From assembly GCA_045649105.1 (NCBI GenBank), contig JAZRPG010000041.1, forward strand, positions 10,566 to 74,565: a stretch of 64,000 bases of DNA, written 5' to 3'. Every line of letters begins with the position of its first letter. Position 1 is the stretch's first letter. Positions 47,781-57,291 of the stretch are shown piece by piece. The translations under genes were made by a program, and so were the position numbers. Under the pieces are notes generated by a model that had not been told where the DNA came from, ran no database searches, and saw only the letters and a list, made by a program, of their open reading frames with translations. This stretch comes from Eubacteriales bacterium (GTDB lineage Bacteria; Bacillota; Clostridia; Oscillospirales; JAAYXM01).

Positions 47781-50081
47781 ATGGATTACAGTTTGAAAGA
47801 GGTAGCAGGCAGAATCAAGGGTCTGCGCGAAGCAAAAGGATACACACAGGAAGAGCTTGCAAGGCTTTGCGGTGTATCGGCAGAAGACTATAAAGTCCTG
47901 GAAAACGGTGAAAAGGATTTCAGCTTCACATTTATTTACAAGTGCGCAAAAGCTTGCGGTGTTGAGGTTGTAGATTTGCTCGAAGGAACAAGCACAACTC
48001 TTACTTCTTTCGCCATCACAAGAAAAGGCGAAGGTCTTAAAATCGTTAAAAAGCACGGTGTGGAATACAACAACCTTGCCCCTAAGTTCAGAGAAAAGCT
48101 TGCCGAACCTTTCCTCGTTAAATTTCCGTACATTGAGGAGGAGCAGAACACTCCGATTCAGTTAAATTCACATAACGGTCAGGAATTTGATGTTATTGTC
48201 AAAGGTTCGCTCAAGGTTCAGGTCGGAAATCATGTGGATATACTCCGCGAGGGTGATTCCATTTTCTATAACAGCCTTATTCCCCACGGTATGGTCGCAG
48301 CAAGCGAGGGCGGCTGCGAATTTCATGCGGTAGTACTCAATCCGCAGGACGGCAAAGTCAGCGAAGAATATCCCGAAGCTCCGATGATTGCTGCAAAGGC
48401 AGCTGCCAAAAAGAAAAAGACAGAAACAGTTGCAGATAAGTTCATCGAATCATCTTATGATGAAAACGGTGTGTTCAGCGGTATCAAATTCAAGAATGCA
48501 GATTCATTTAACTTTGCTTATGACTGCGTTGATGCCATTGCCGAAAAGAATCCCGAAAAACTCGCCATGATGTGGGTGGCAAACGACAAGACGGACAGAC
48601 GCTTTACATTTTCCGATATGAAAAAATATTCTGCAAAAACCGCAAACTACTTTGAATCACTCGGCATCAAAAAAGGCGACACGGTAATGCTCGTATTAAA
48701 AAGACATTATCAGTTCTGGTTCTGTATGCTTGCACTTCACAAAATCGGTGCTATCGCAATCCCTGCAACAAATCAGCTTGTAGAGCACGACTTTGATTAC
48801 AGATACAAGGCAGCAAAAGTAAAAGCAGTTGTATGTACCGCAGATGGTGATGTATCACTTGAGGCAGAAAAAGCAGCTGCAAATTATCCCGGCATGGTAA
48901 AAGTATTGGTTGGCGGAAATAAAGAAGGCTGGCACGATTTCAATGTTGAAATGGAACGCTTCAGTACACACTTTGACCGCACGGAAAACACACCTTGCGG
49001 AAACGACCCGATGCTTATGCTCTTTACATCGGGCACTACAGGCTATCCGAGAATCGCAACACATTCATACAAATACGCACTCGGTCATTATCCTACAGCG
49101 AAGCATTGGCATAATGTAAATCCTGACGGACTCCACTTCACAATCTCCGATACAGGCTGGGGTAAAGCACTTTGGGGTAAGCTTTACGGACAGTGGCTAT
49201 GCGAAGCGGCACAGTTTACCTATGATTTTGACAGATTCCATTCGGAAGATATTTTGCCGATGTTTGCGAAATACAACATCACAACCTTCTGTGCACCGCC
49301 TACAATGTACCGTTTCTTTATTAAAGAGGATTTGTCAAAGTATGACCTTTCTTCTATCGAGTATGCGACAACCGCAGGCGAAGCATTAAACCCCGAAGTA
49401 TTCAATCAGTTTAAGAAAGCAACGGGTCTTACAATTATGGAAGGCTTCGGCCAGACAGAAACAACCCTTTCCATCGCAAACTTTGTCGGCTCAACACCGA
49501 AAATCGGTTCCATGGGCAGACCTTCTCCGCTTTATGATGTAGTCGTTCTCGACCCTGACGGCAACGAATGCAAAACGGGCGATACAGGCGAAATCTGTAT
49601 CAGAGTGAAAGATGATATCCCTTGCGGGCTCTTTATCGGCTATTATCTTGACGAAGAAAAGACAAATGAGGTATGGCATGACGGATACTATCATACAGGC
49701 GACCAGGCAACAATGGACGAAGACGGATACCTTTGGTATGTCGGCCGTATAGATGATGTTATCAAATCGTCAGGCTACCGCATCGGGCCTTTTGAAATCG
49801 AGAGCGTTATCATGGAGCTTCCCTATGTTCTTGAATGCGCAATCACACCCGTTCCCGATGAAGTTCGCGGTCAGATTGTAAAGGCTACCATCGTGCTCGT
49901 CAAAGGACATAACGGCACGGATGAACTCAAGAAAGAGATTCAGGAATATGTCAAAACACACACCGCGCCGTACAAATATCCTCGAATCGTTGAATTTGTC
50001 GATGAGCTTCCAAAAACAATCAGCGGTAAGGTAAGGCGTGTTGAAATCCGTAAAAATGATATGAATAAAATGCAAAAATAA
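47781..50081 (+). CDS. Fusion protein: XRE-type HTH + cupin domain + AMP-forming (medium-chain-type) acyl-CoA synthetase
   Basis: 766 aa with an AAAGGAG RBS. N-terminal HTH (GLREAKGYTQEELARLCGVS), a cupin (GQEFDVIVKG...HGM) and a K/A-rich linker. Adenylation motifs TSGTTGYPR, GRIDDVIKSSGYRIGPFEIE and PKTISGKVRR. Confidence 0.85.
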   Translation: MDYSLKEVAGRIKGLREAKGYTQEELARLCGVSAEDYKVLENGEKDFSFTFIYKCAKACGVEVVDLLEGTSTTLTSFAITRKGEGLKIVKKHGVEYNNLAPKFREKLAEPFLVKFPYIEEEQNTPIQLNSHNGQEFDVIVKGSLKVQVGNHVDILREGDSIFYNSLIPHGMVAASEGGCEFHAVVLNPQDGKVSEEYPEAPMIAAKAAAKKKKTETVADKFIESSYDENGVFSGIKFKNADSFNFAYDCVDAIAEKNPEKLAMMWVANDKTDRRFTFSDMKKYSAKTANYFESLGIKKGDTVMLVLKRHYQFWFCMLALHKIGAIAIPATNQLVEHDFDYRYKAAKVKAVVCTADGDVSLEAEKAAANYPGMVKVLVGGNKEGWHDFNVEMERFSTHFDRTENTPCGNDPMLMLFTSGTTGYPRIATHSYKYALGHYPTAKHWHNVNPDGLHFTISDTGWGKALWGKLYGQWLCEAAQFTYDFDRFHSEDILPMFAKYNITTFCAPPTMYRFFIKEDLSKYDLSSIEYATTAGEALNPEVFNQFKKATGLTIMEGFGQTETTLSIANFVGSTPKIGSMGRPSPLYDVVVLDPDGNECKTGDTGEICIRVKDDIPCGLFIGYYLDEEKTNEVWHDGYYHTGDQATMDEDGYLWYVGRIDDVIKSSGYRIGPFEIESVIMELPYVLECAITPVPDEVRGQIVKATIVLVKGHNGTDELKKEIQEYVKTHTAPYKYPRIVEFVDELPKTISGKVRRVEIRKNDMNKMQK

Positions 50082-50085
50082 TAAT

Positions 50086-50139
50086 ATTGCCACTGTCCTG
50101 AAGTAATTATGAAAATAATTACTGTCAGACAGTGGCAAT
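50086..50139. terminator. Composite hairpin between the convergent acyl-CoA synthetase and membrane protein genes
   Basis: 12-bp outer stem ATTGCCACTGTC/GACAGTGGCAAT enclosing an 8-bp inner hairpin GTAATTAT/ATAATTAC. Confidence 0.65.
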
Positions 50140-50174
50140 TAATTTTCTGTAACCGGATTTTAAAATTTTTAGTG

Positions 50175-50921
50175 TTAATGCATACTCAATTTTCTGCAAT
50201 ACTGTGTACAGAGCTTGTCGGTACACTCGGAGCATCTGAGCGCCATATTGCTGTTTTCCCAGAATCTTTCGGGATATGTAAACACACACACTTCCCATAC
50301 AAGCCATATAAGGAATGAAAATATAACGAGCGACCATGAATAAAAACTGTTTACCGTTATAATCGGCAGAAACATCATCAGGTGGTCCCAATTAAATATT
50401 CTGCAGGTAGTGCAGCATTTGTTTTTCATTATGAGCCTGAACGGGCACCAAACAAGGACACATATCAAATCGCACACATAAAAGAATGTGGATATAAGTA
50501 TCATCATGCCCGTATCTATAATTACCGTCATATGCAATATACTGATTACAACTGTAAGCAGAATCCATATTATCATAACTTTGTATGCCGCTGCTGTTGT
50601 ATCTTTGATATATTTTTTCAAATTTTCATAATTAATTTTCTCTTTTATGGGTCTGAACAGTGACTCAAAAACCTTCTGTGACCCTATGGAGATGTGTGCT
50701 TTGACGGGAATAAGTTGCAAAAACATATCCCATATCCAGATTGCCCATAAAATATGGAGAGGAGAAAATTCATTAAAAAAATTCCACCCGTCTGCTGTAT
50801 TGAATCTTTCATTGTCAAAAATGTATATCAAAACCGCAATGAGAAATATGGCTATTCTGCCTGCCAATCTAAAAAAATAAATCCCTCTTGTTTTTGACAT
50901 ATGCGTGTTTTTTTGTTGCAT
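50175..50921 (-). CDS. Hypothetical polytopic membrane protein with Cys-rich motifs
   Basis: 248 aa with an AAGAGGA RBS. Several TM helices. CCTTC and a C-terminal CSECTDKLCTQYC. No family recognised. Confidence 0.55.
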   Translation of the reverse strand: MQQKNTHMSKTRGIYFFRLAGRIAIFLIAVLIYIFDNERFNTADGWNFFNEFSPLHILWAIWIWDMFLQLIPVKAHISIGSQKVFESLFRPIKEKINYENLKKYIKDTTAAAYKVMIIWILLTVVISILHMTVIIDTGMMILISTFFYVCDLICVLVWCPFRLIMKNKCCTTCRIFNWDHLMMFLPIITVNSFYSWSLVIFSFLIWLVWEVCVFTYPERFWENSNMALRCSECTDKLCTQYCRKLSMH

Positions 50922-51001
50922 CTGATGATATCCTCTTAAATTGCTTATCTTTATTTTTGTATATCATATCATAAAAGTTATCACAATTCAACTAACTTGA
51001 T

Positions 51002-51039
51002 AAAAAAGACATTTTTCCTTTAAGGAAAAATGTCTTTTT
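51002..51039 (-). terminator. Terminator downstream of tRNA-Pro
   Basis: GACATTTTTCC/GGAAAAATGTC stem with flanking A/T tracts. Confidence 0.75.
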
Positions 51040-51116
<77 letters not shown>

Positions 51117-51243
51117 ATATTAAGTCTCTCTTTAATAAATTCCCCCGACTGCGGAGAAAATGTACCTGTTGACGATTTGATGCCTGTTTTGATTTTCCGT
51201 ACTCCGCAACGCCGAGACACAACCTGCTTTCGACAACTATTTT

Positions 51244-51272
51244 AGTATACAGATATACTCGCAATTTGTCAA
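51244..51272 (-). promoter_or_regulatory. Sigma-A promoter reading towards tRNA-Pro
   Basis: Reverse strand TTGACA, 17 nt, TATACT, about 120 nt upstream of the mature tRNA 5' end. Confidence 0.5.
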
Positions 51273-51393
51273 GTTTTTTTTATTATTTTTTCTTTTAAAA
51301 ATTGAATATTATGCCATGAAGAAATTACAACTAATAATAAGCTGCAAGCAGGTCAAAATACTAATGAAAACAAAACCGAGGAGGTGAAATGCA

Positions 51394-51576
51394 ATGGCAA
51401 TAGTTCCTAACGCACAGGAGGCTCTTGATAAGTTCAAGATGGAGGCTGCGTCCGAAGTTGGCGTAAACCTCAAGCAGGGTTATAACGGAGACCTTACTTC
51501 CCGTCAGGCTGGTTCTATAGGCGGTCAGATGGTTAAGAAGATGATCATGTCCTATGAGCAGAATTTAAGCAAGTAA
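51394..51576 (+). CDS. Alpha/beta-type small acid-soluble spore protein
   Basis: 60 aa with a GAGGAGGTG RBS. EALDKFKMEAASEVGV...LTSRQAGSIGGQMVKKMI is the SASP signature. Confidence 0.93.
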   Translation: MAIVPNAQEALDKFKMEAASEVGVNLKQGYNGDLTSRQAGSIGGQMVKKMIMSYEQNLSK

Positions 51577-51590
51577 CTTAAACGATAAAT

Positions 51591-51639
51591 AAGGCTGCTG
51601 CTTTTCGATTTTTTAAAAAATCGTTTTGCAGCAGCCTTA
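51591..51639. terminator. Long hairpin terminator between the SASP and O-antigen-ligase-like genes
   Basis: AAGGCTGCTGC...GCAGCAGCCTT outer stem with an inner CGATTTT/AAAATCG helix. Confidence 0.8.
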
Positions 51640-51650
51640 AATTCTGTATT

Positions 51651-53234
51651 CTACTCTGCCCTTTTCTTATGTGACCTTCTCCTTATAAAACCAATAAACA
51701 TCACAGCGGCAGCAAGACCCCAGAAGTATGCATTCATATACGGAACTTCGAAAATATTTTCAAAAAACGAGTGTGAGAGAACTCCGATTCCGCCTGACAC
51801 AATCCCGCTCGAAAGATATGACATTCTGTCTTTCCGCGTTCTGAAAATGCTCCTGCACGACCAGAGAAGATTCTTAAGGAGCAACCACACATACGACACA
51901 AGACCCACAAGCCCCATCTCCGTCAGCGTCTTGAGATAGTAGTTATCCATATAATAATAGACAAGGCTGTCTATCTCCTGATTCTGCATTGCAATCGCGC
52001 CGCCGTATCTTCCAAGGCCAAAACCGAATATCTTATTCTGCCGCCACAGCGAAAGGCCTATTTGCCAGCGCTCGCCGCGGCCGCCCGTAGCATTTGCCGC
52101 AGCAAAATCAGATGTGAATAAGAAAGCAATTCTGTTTGAAATTTCCGGCACGCTGATAATTATCGCCCCTATTCCGATTGCACCAAACAGAAGAAGCTTC
52201 CTGTCCACCAGCAGCGCAAAAACAAATACAGCTACCGTAAGCCCGAACCATGCTCCTCTTGAAAATGTGAACAGCGTTGCAAGGCATATAATGCCCGTGC
52301 AACCCCACATGGCACATTTTACCCAAAGCTTTTTTGCGTAATATGCACATGCCGCAAGCATCGGCGCCGTCATGACCATAAGCGCGCCCATTACATTCGG
52401 ACTTCCCGTAATTGAGTATACACGCGTACGCACACCTGCCTCTGCCTTTGCTACCCACTGCTCAGGCATAGGCGCATTCGTTATATACTGATAAATACCG
52501 TGCAGAGCAACAACGGTCGCCATAGCACAAATCGTAAAATACAGCACGCGAAGGTCAGAATCGCTCTCAATAAGCCTCGTGAGCACAAAAAACCAAAGCA
52601 TAAACTGGCAAACAGCACGGTATCCGCCTATAGCGACACCAAGCTTTGGCGAAACGACAGCCAGCACAAGAAGCGAAGCCGACATAAAGAAAATGAGCGG
52701 TGCATCAATCGGCGTAACACGCGGCTTAATTGCCTTCTCCGCCGTGCATAGTCTGAAAAAGATATACATTACACAAACAAGCATGAACCCTTCGTCCCAG
52801 ACAGAGGACAGAAAATCGATGCCGAGCACATTGCGGATAAATACATCAGCGGGAAGATACAGCGCAAAAACCATAAGCAATATACCACGCAAGCCAAGCC
52901 GCTTTACAGCGTTCAAAGCAACACTGTGTGATACGCTCTCCGACGAAGAAATCCTGCGCGCAACGCGCATTATAACGCTTCCCTCCGCCACTTGCCGAAG
53001 CACATTTCCTATCCTTGCAAGCGCGTTATTAACTCCTAAAAGCAGCGCATAAAGCTTTGAATACACAGTCTTCGGCGCCGCAGAAAAAAACGCAACAAAA
53101 AGGCGGAGCGTAGCCGAGTCTTTAAACTTACGCCCGAGAAGTGCAGAAAGTTTGCCCGGAATGCTGTACGGGTATGCCCGTTTTATGGCTCCGCAAAACT
53201 TTGCAATCGCACAGCCTCTTATAATTTTATCCAT
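51651..53234 (-). CDS. O-antigen ligase/polymerase family (Wzy_C-type) membrane protein
   Basis: Polytopic, about 527 aa. The start is taken at MDKIIRG (GGTGGAG RBS) and overlaps the upstream gene by 8 nt. Family assignment rests on overall architecture. Confidence 0.7.
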   Translation of the reverse strand: MDKIIRGCAIAKFCGAIKRAYPYSIPGKLSALLGRKFKDSATLRLFVAFFSAAPKTVYSKLYALLLGVNNALARIGNVLRQVAEGSVIMRVARRISSSESVSHSVALNAVKRLGLRGILLMVFALYLPADVFIRNVLGIDFLSSVWDEGFMLVCVMYIFFRLCTAEKAIKPRVTPIDAPLIFFMSASLLVLAVVSPKLGVAIGGYRAVCQFMLWFFVLTRLIESDSDLRVLYFTICAMATVVALHGIYQYITNAPMPEQWVAKAEAGVRTRVYSITGSPNVMGALMVMTAPMLAACAYYAKKLWVKCAMWGCTGIICLATLFTFSRGAWFGLTVAVFVFALLVDRKLLLFGAIGIGAIIISVPEISNRIAFLFTSDFAAANATGGRGERWQIGLSLWRQNKIFGFGLGRYGGAIAMQNQEIDSLVYYYMDNYYLKTLTEMGLVGLVSYVWLLLKNLLWSCRSIFRTRKDRMSYLSSGIVSGGIGVLSHSFFENIFEVPYMNAYFWGLAAAVMFIGFIRRRSHKKRAE

Positions 53235-53727
53235 CAAACTCCACCGTCTCAATAATTGCATTAAGCTCTACAGTCTGCGTTTTAAATATAAAGCCGCGAC
53301 CTATCCTTACTTCCTGATTGCCTATTTTAAGCGCAGGGTCAGTTTTAGAAGCCTTCCCCTTCACTGTGATGAGCAGGTCCCTTTTTTGCGGGTCGTTTGC
53401 CGTGCGATACTCACCGTCCGCAGTCGAAGCGGCAGAGAGATACGGAATGCTCTCAACGGAAACAAGAGTAGCATCCAGAAAATCATTTCCGGAAACAAGT
53501 CTTTCACCGGGGGTGAGCTTTAACACTTCGCTCTCGAGATAGTCCATAGCGGCGCGCACGCGCATGGTTACATACATATCAGCCTTCGGCGCAATAACCT
53601 CTCCCGCAGCGGGTGCTGCAAACTTGTACACAGCAGCAACTGCCGCAAGCGCGATTGCAAGAAGAATAATCAAATCCACAACATTGATAATTCCAAAGAG
53701 CTTTCCCTTTTCGTTAACTATTTTCAT
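53227..53727 (-). CDS. DUF4330-like protein (N-terminal TM anchor)
   Basis: 166 aa. MKIVNEKGKLFGIINVVDLIILLAIALAA... pattern. Confidence 0.65.
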   Translation of the reverse strand: MKIVNEKGKLFGIINVVDLIILLAIALAAVAAVYKFAAPAAGEVIAPKADMYVTMRVRAAMDYLESEVLKLTPGERLVSGNDFLDATLVSVESIPYLSAASTADGEYRTANDPQKRDLLITVKGKASKTDPALKIGNQEVRIGRGFIFKTQTVELNAIIETVEFDG

Positions 53728-53757
53728 AACTTCGATGTTCCTTTCATTTTATATTGC

Positions 53758-53786
53758 TTGACCGATTATCTATGTTATTATATAAT
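53758..53786 (+). promoter_or_regulatory. Sigma-A promoter for the GT4-CsaB gene
   Basis: TTGACC, 17 nt, TATAAT. Confidence 0.55.
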
Positions 53787-53841
53787 ATATAACAAAATAT
53801 AACAATACCTTTTTTCAATAATGAGAAGCAGGAGAACACTT

Positions 53842-56076
53842 ATGAAGATACTGCATATGATAGGCGGCGGCGATGTCGGCGGAGCAAAAACGCATGTCCT
53901 CTCACTTGTTCAGAGACTCTCTGAAACAAATGAGGTTATTCTCATCAGTTTCCGCGCAGGGGAATTTGCCGATGAGGCAATCAATCTCGGAATAAATACA
54001 AAAATAATCAGCAGCGGAAACCCGCTCTCTGATTTAAAAGAGCTTAAAGAGCTCATACTTCATGAAAACTTTGACATTGTGCATTGTCACGGTGCAAAAG
54101 CAAATGTCATGGGCACACTTATCAAGCACATTTGCCGCGCACCTGTTATAACAACCGTTCACAGTGATTACCGTCTCGACTATCTGGGCAATTTCTTAAA
54201 GCGTTGCACAAACGGTTTATTAAATACAGCGGCGCTTCGCTTTCTTGACGCATATATAGGCGTTACAAACGCCTTTGCCGACATGATGATTTCGCGCGGG
54301 TTTGACCCATACAAGCTCTTTACGCTTAACAACGGCATCGACTTTGACATACAGCCAAATCCACAGACCACACGCGAGGAATATTTAAAGAATCTCGGTA
54401 TCGAATGCACAGACAAAACCGTTATATGCGGAATTGCCGCAAGATTTCATCCCGTAAAGGACATCGGCACCGCCATCCGTGCCGTCGCCGCTCTCAAGCA
54501 GTCCTGCCCGGACCTTTATCTCGTCCTCGGCGGCGGCGGTGAGGACGAGGCTCATCTGCGCAGTCTTGTAGACGAGCTCGGTGTATCTGACCGCGTTAAA
54601 TTCGCGGGCTGGATAAACGACATGGACACATTTTTAAACGCTGTAGATATAAGCATAATATCCTCGCTCAGCGAGGGTTTCCCTTACAGCATCCTTGAGT
54701 CTGCGCGGGCACACTGTACTATGGTTTCAACAGAGGTCGGCGCAATGCCATCGATTATCGACCACGGCGCAAGCGGACTTCTGTTCATACCGCGTGATGT
54801 ATCAAAGCTCTCCGAGCATCTTCGTTTCCTGTACGAAAACAGCGACGAGCGCCGCGCTATGGCGGACAGGCTCTTTGAAAAGTCACGCGTTGAGTATTCC
54901 TTCGATGCGATGGTTTCAGCTCAGCTTGCCATATATGAGCGCGTAATAAAACTTCAGAGGCGCAGCAAAAAGCGAGACCAGATAATCGTCTGCGGCTCAT
55001 ACGGGCGCGGAAACGCCGGCGATGATGCCATACTTAAGGCTGTAACCGGTGAAATATACAGCGTTGATGACGGCGCACGGATATGCGTCATATCCCGAAA
55101 TCCCGAACAGACGCGACTTAAATACCGCGTGCGTTCCATATATACTTTTTCTGTGTTCCGTATGCTTTTTTCCATGTTCCGTTCACATCTGTATATAAAC
55201 GGTGGCGGAAGTCTCATTCAGGACTCAACAAGCAGCCGCTCGCTGTATTTTTATCTGTTCACCCTTATAGCGGCTAAACTTTTCGGCTGCCGCGTGCTTA
55301 TGTACGGTTGCGGAATCGGTCCCATTCGCCGTCCGATAAACCGCAGATTGTCAGCAAAAATCATAGACCGCTTTGTTGACAGTATAACACTCAGGGACCC
55401 GGGCTCATATGACGAGCTGTGCCGCATGGGCGTCAAAAATCCCGACATGTGCCTCGCGGCAGACCCGACGCTGTGTCTTGCCCCTGATGACGGTGTGAAG
55501 ATTAAGAGTGTCTTTTTCAAAGAGGGTCTTTGTGAAGGTGAGAAATACCTGTGCCTTGCCATGCGCAACTGGCATGACATAGACGAAAAACTCGCGCACA
55601 TTGCCCGGGCGGCAGATTATGCCGCAACAGAATACGGGCTTAAGACCGTGCTGATACCCATGGAGCAAAAAAAAGATTTGCCGATAGCAGAGCGCATACG
55701 CGATAAAATGTCAAGCAGCGCGATTATAATAAGCGGCGAATATGATGTACACACCGTTATTGGTCTTCTTTCCAAAATGCAGATAATTATGGCAATGCGC
55801 CTGCACGCACTTGTCTTCGGCGCAGGTCAGGGTGTCCCTACTATCGGCATTGCATATGACCATAAGGTAAGCGCTTTTATGGATTATATCGGCCGCGAAA
55901 TGTGTACCGACTATAGTGAATGCAGTTTTGAGAAGCTCCGCAGTTTTATAGACAGAACTGTACGAGACGCGGAATACGGCGAGCATATGCAACGCGCCTG
56001 CCGCAAGATGCGCGAAAACGAGATTGAAAACACAAATATGCTGCGCAAGTTTTTTGATAAAGAGGTTGAGAAGTAA
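53842..56076 (+). CDS. Fusion of GT4-family glycosyltransferase (N) and polysaccharide pyruvyl transferase CsaB-like domain (C)
   Basis: Trimmed to MKILHMIGGGDVGGAKTH (AGGAG RBS). N-terminal half is GT4 (EGFPYSILESARAHCTMVST). C-terminal half is CsaB-like (IVCGSYGRGNAGDDAIL...YINGGGSLIQD...MRLHALVF). Confidence 0.8.
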   Translation: MKILHMIGGGDVGGAKTHVLSLVQRLSETNEVILISFRAGEFADEAINLGINTKIISSGNPLSDLKELKELILHENFDIVHCHGAKANVMGTLIKHICRAPVITTVHSDYRLDYLGNFLKRCTNGLLNTAALRFLDAYIGVTNAFADMMISRGFDPYKLFTLNNGIDFDIQPNPQTTREEYLKNLGIECTDKTVICGIAARFHPVKDIGTAIRAVAALKQSCPDLYLVLGGGGEDEAHLRSLVDELGVSDRVKFAGWINDMDTFLNAVDISIISSLSEGFPYSILESARAHCTMVSTEVGAMPSIIDHGASGLLFIPRDVSKLSEHLRFLYENSDERRAMADRLFEKSRVEYSFDAMVSAQLAIYERVIKLQRRSKKRDQIIVCGSYGRGNAGDDAILKAVTGEIYSVDDGARICVISRNPEQTRLKYRVRSIYTFSVFRMLFSMFRSHLYINGGGSLIQDSTSSRSLYFYLFTLIAAKLFGCRVLMYGCGIGPIRRPINRRLSAKIIDRFVDSITLRDPGSYDELCRMGVKNPDMCLAADPTLCLAPDDGVKIKSVFFKEGLCEGEKYLCLAMRNWHDIDEKLAHIARAADYAATEYGLKTVLIPMEQKKDLPIAERIRDKMSSSAIIISGEYDVHTVIGLLSKMQIIMAMRLHALVFGAGQGVPTIGIAYDHKVSAFMDYIGREMCTDYSECSFEKLRSFIDRTVRDAEYGEHMQRACRKMRENEIENTNMLRKFFDKEVEK

Positions 56077-57227
56077 TGAAAAAAATAGTTTGTCTGTCCA
56101 CAAGCTGTTACCATCCGTTCCCTACACGCAAACAACATGTTATGAACAGAATCGATTCAGAAGAAATACTTTATTTTGACCCACCCATAACATACATTGC
56201 ACCTCTAAAAGACAAAAGTGCGTGGAAGCGCCTTTTTGCATACCGTGCACCGGGCGAGCGAGCACGCAAAAACCTCACGGTATACGCACTTCCGCCGGTA
56301 TTTCCCTTTTTTAACAAATACCGCTTTATAAATAAAATAAACCAGCGCATAATCGCCTTTTTCGTTAAAAAAAAGATGAAGCTTCACGGTTTTTCTGACC
56401 CGATTCTATGGTGCTATTCCCCGACTTCCGCGGATGCTGCACCGCTTATTCCGCACAGCGCGCTTGTATATGACTGTGTGGACCGCCACAGCGCATATAA
56501 AGGCTTTATAAACGAAGAAACGGTAAATGGTCTCGAAAAAAGCCTTGCAACGCAAGCCGATACTGTTTTCGCTACAGCCGTCGGACTCTATGACACACTC
56601 GCCGAGTATAATAAAAATGCAGTAATGCTTCCAAACGGCGTTAATTTTGAGCACTTTAACCGCGCCGCAACAGAAGATCTCCCCGTACCTGATGATATAA
56701 AAGACATTAAACACCCCATCATCGGATTTATCGGAATGCTTCAGGAATGCATAGACTATGAGAAAATTGAGCTGATTGCAAAAGAGCGTCCTGATTGGTC
56801 TGTTGTCCTTGTGGGAAAACCGCTCCCCGGTGTCAATCTCGATTATCTGAAGAAATATGACAATATCCATTTCCTCGGAATGAAGAAATACGACGATATT
56901 CCCGCCTACATAGCTAATTTTGACGTTTGCCTGAATGTATTTCGCTCAGGAAATCTGTCACGCGATGTAAGCCCGCTTAAATTTTATGAATACCTCGCAA
57001 CAGGAAAGCCCGTCGTCAGCACGCCTCAACCCGAGCAGGTGCTCGGATACTCCGATTCTGTTTACATAGCGCGCGGCACAAGTGACTTTATAGAACAATG
57101 TGAAAAGGCGCTGTCTGAGCCCGATAACAAAAAGCGCGAGCTTCGCATCACATATGCACACGCCTGCTCATGGGACGCGCGTGTGCGTGAGATGGAGGAA
57201 ATTCTTTCACAGCACGGGGTCTGCTGA
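56076..57227 (+). CDS. Glycosyltransferase (TuaH-like, GT1/GT4 fold)
   Basis: 383 aa. Its start overlaps the upstream stop. C-terminal motif SPLKFYEYLATGKPVVST. Confidence 0.7.
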   Translation: MKKIVCLSTSCYHPFPTRKQHVMNRIDSEEILYFDPPITYIAPLKDKSAWKRLFAYRAPGERARKNLTVYALPPVFPFFNKYRFINKINQRIIAFFVKKKMKLHGFSDPILWCYSPTSADAAPLIPHSALVYDCVDRHSAYKGFINEETVNGLEKSLATQADTVFATAVGLYDTLAEYNKNAVMLPNGVNFEHFNRAATEDLPVPDDIKDIKHPIIGFIGMLQECIDYEKIELIAKERPDWSVVLVGKPLPGVNLDYLKKYDNIHFLGMKKYDDIPAYIANFDVCLNVFRSGNLSRDVSPLKFYEYLATGKPVVSTPQPEQVLGYSDSVYIARGTSDFIEQCEKALSEPDNKKRELRITYAHACSWDARVREMEEILSQHGVC

Positions 57228-57249
57228 TTATATTAACACACAAAAAAAC

Positions 57250-57285
57250 AACAGGAATGAAAAAACTCATTCCTGTTATTTTTTA
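57250..57285. terminator. Bidirectional terminator (glycosyltransferase / LarA-like genes)
   Basis: AACAGGAATGA-aaaaac-TCATTCCTGTT with flanking A and T tracts. Confidence 0.85.
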
Positions 57286-57291
57286 TTTACC

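Noticed and set aside
51300-51340. Sigma-G type promoter upstream of the SASP gene
   Set aside because: GAATA and CAACTAA-like elements are present, but the spacing (about 19 nt) and the match are poor. This cannot be supported by eye.
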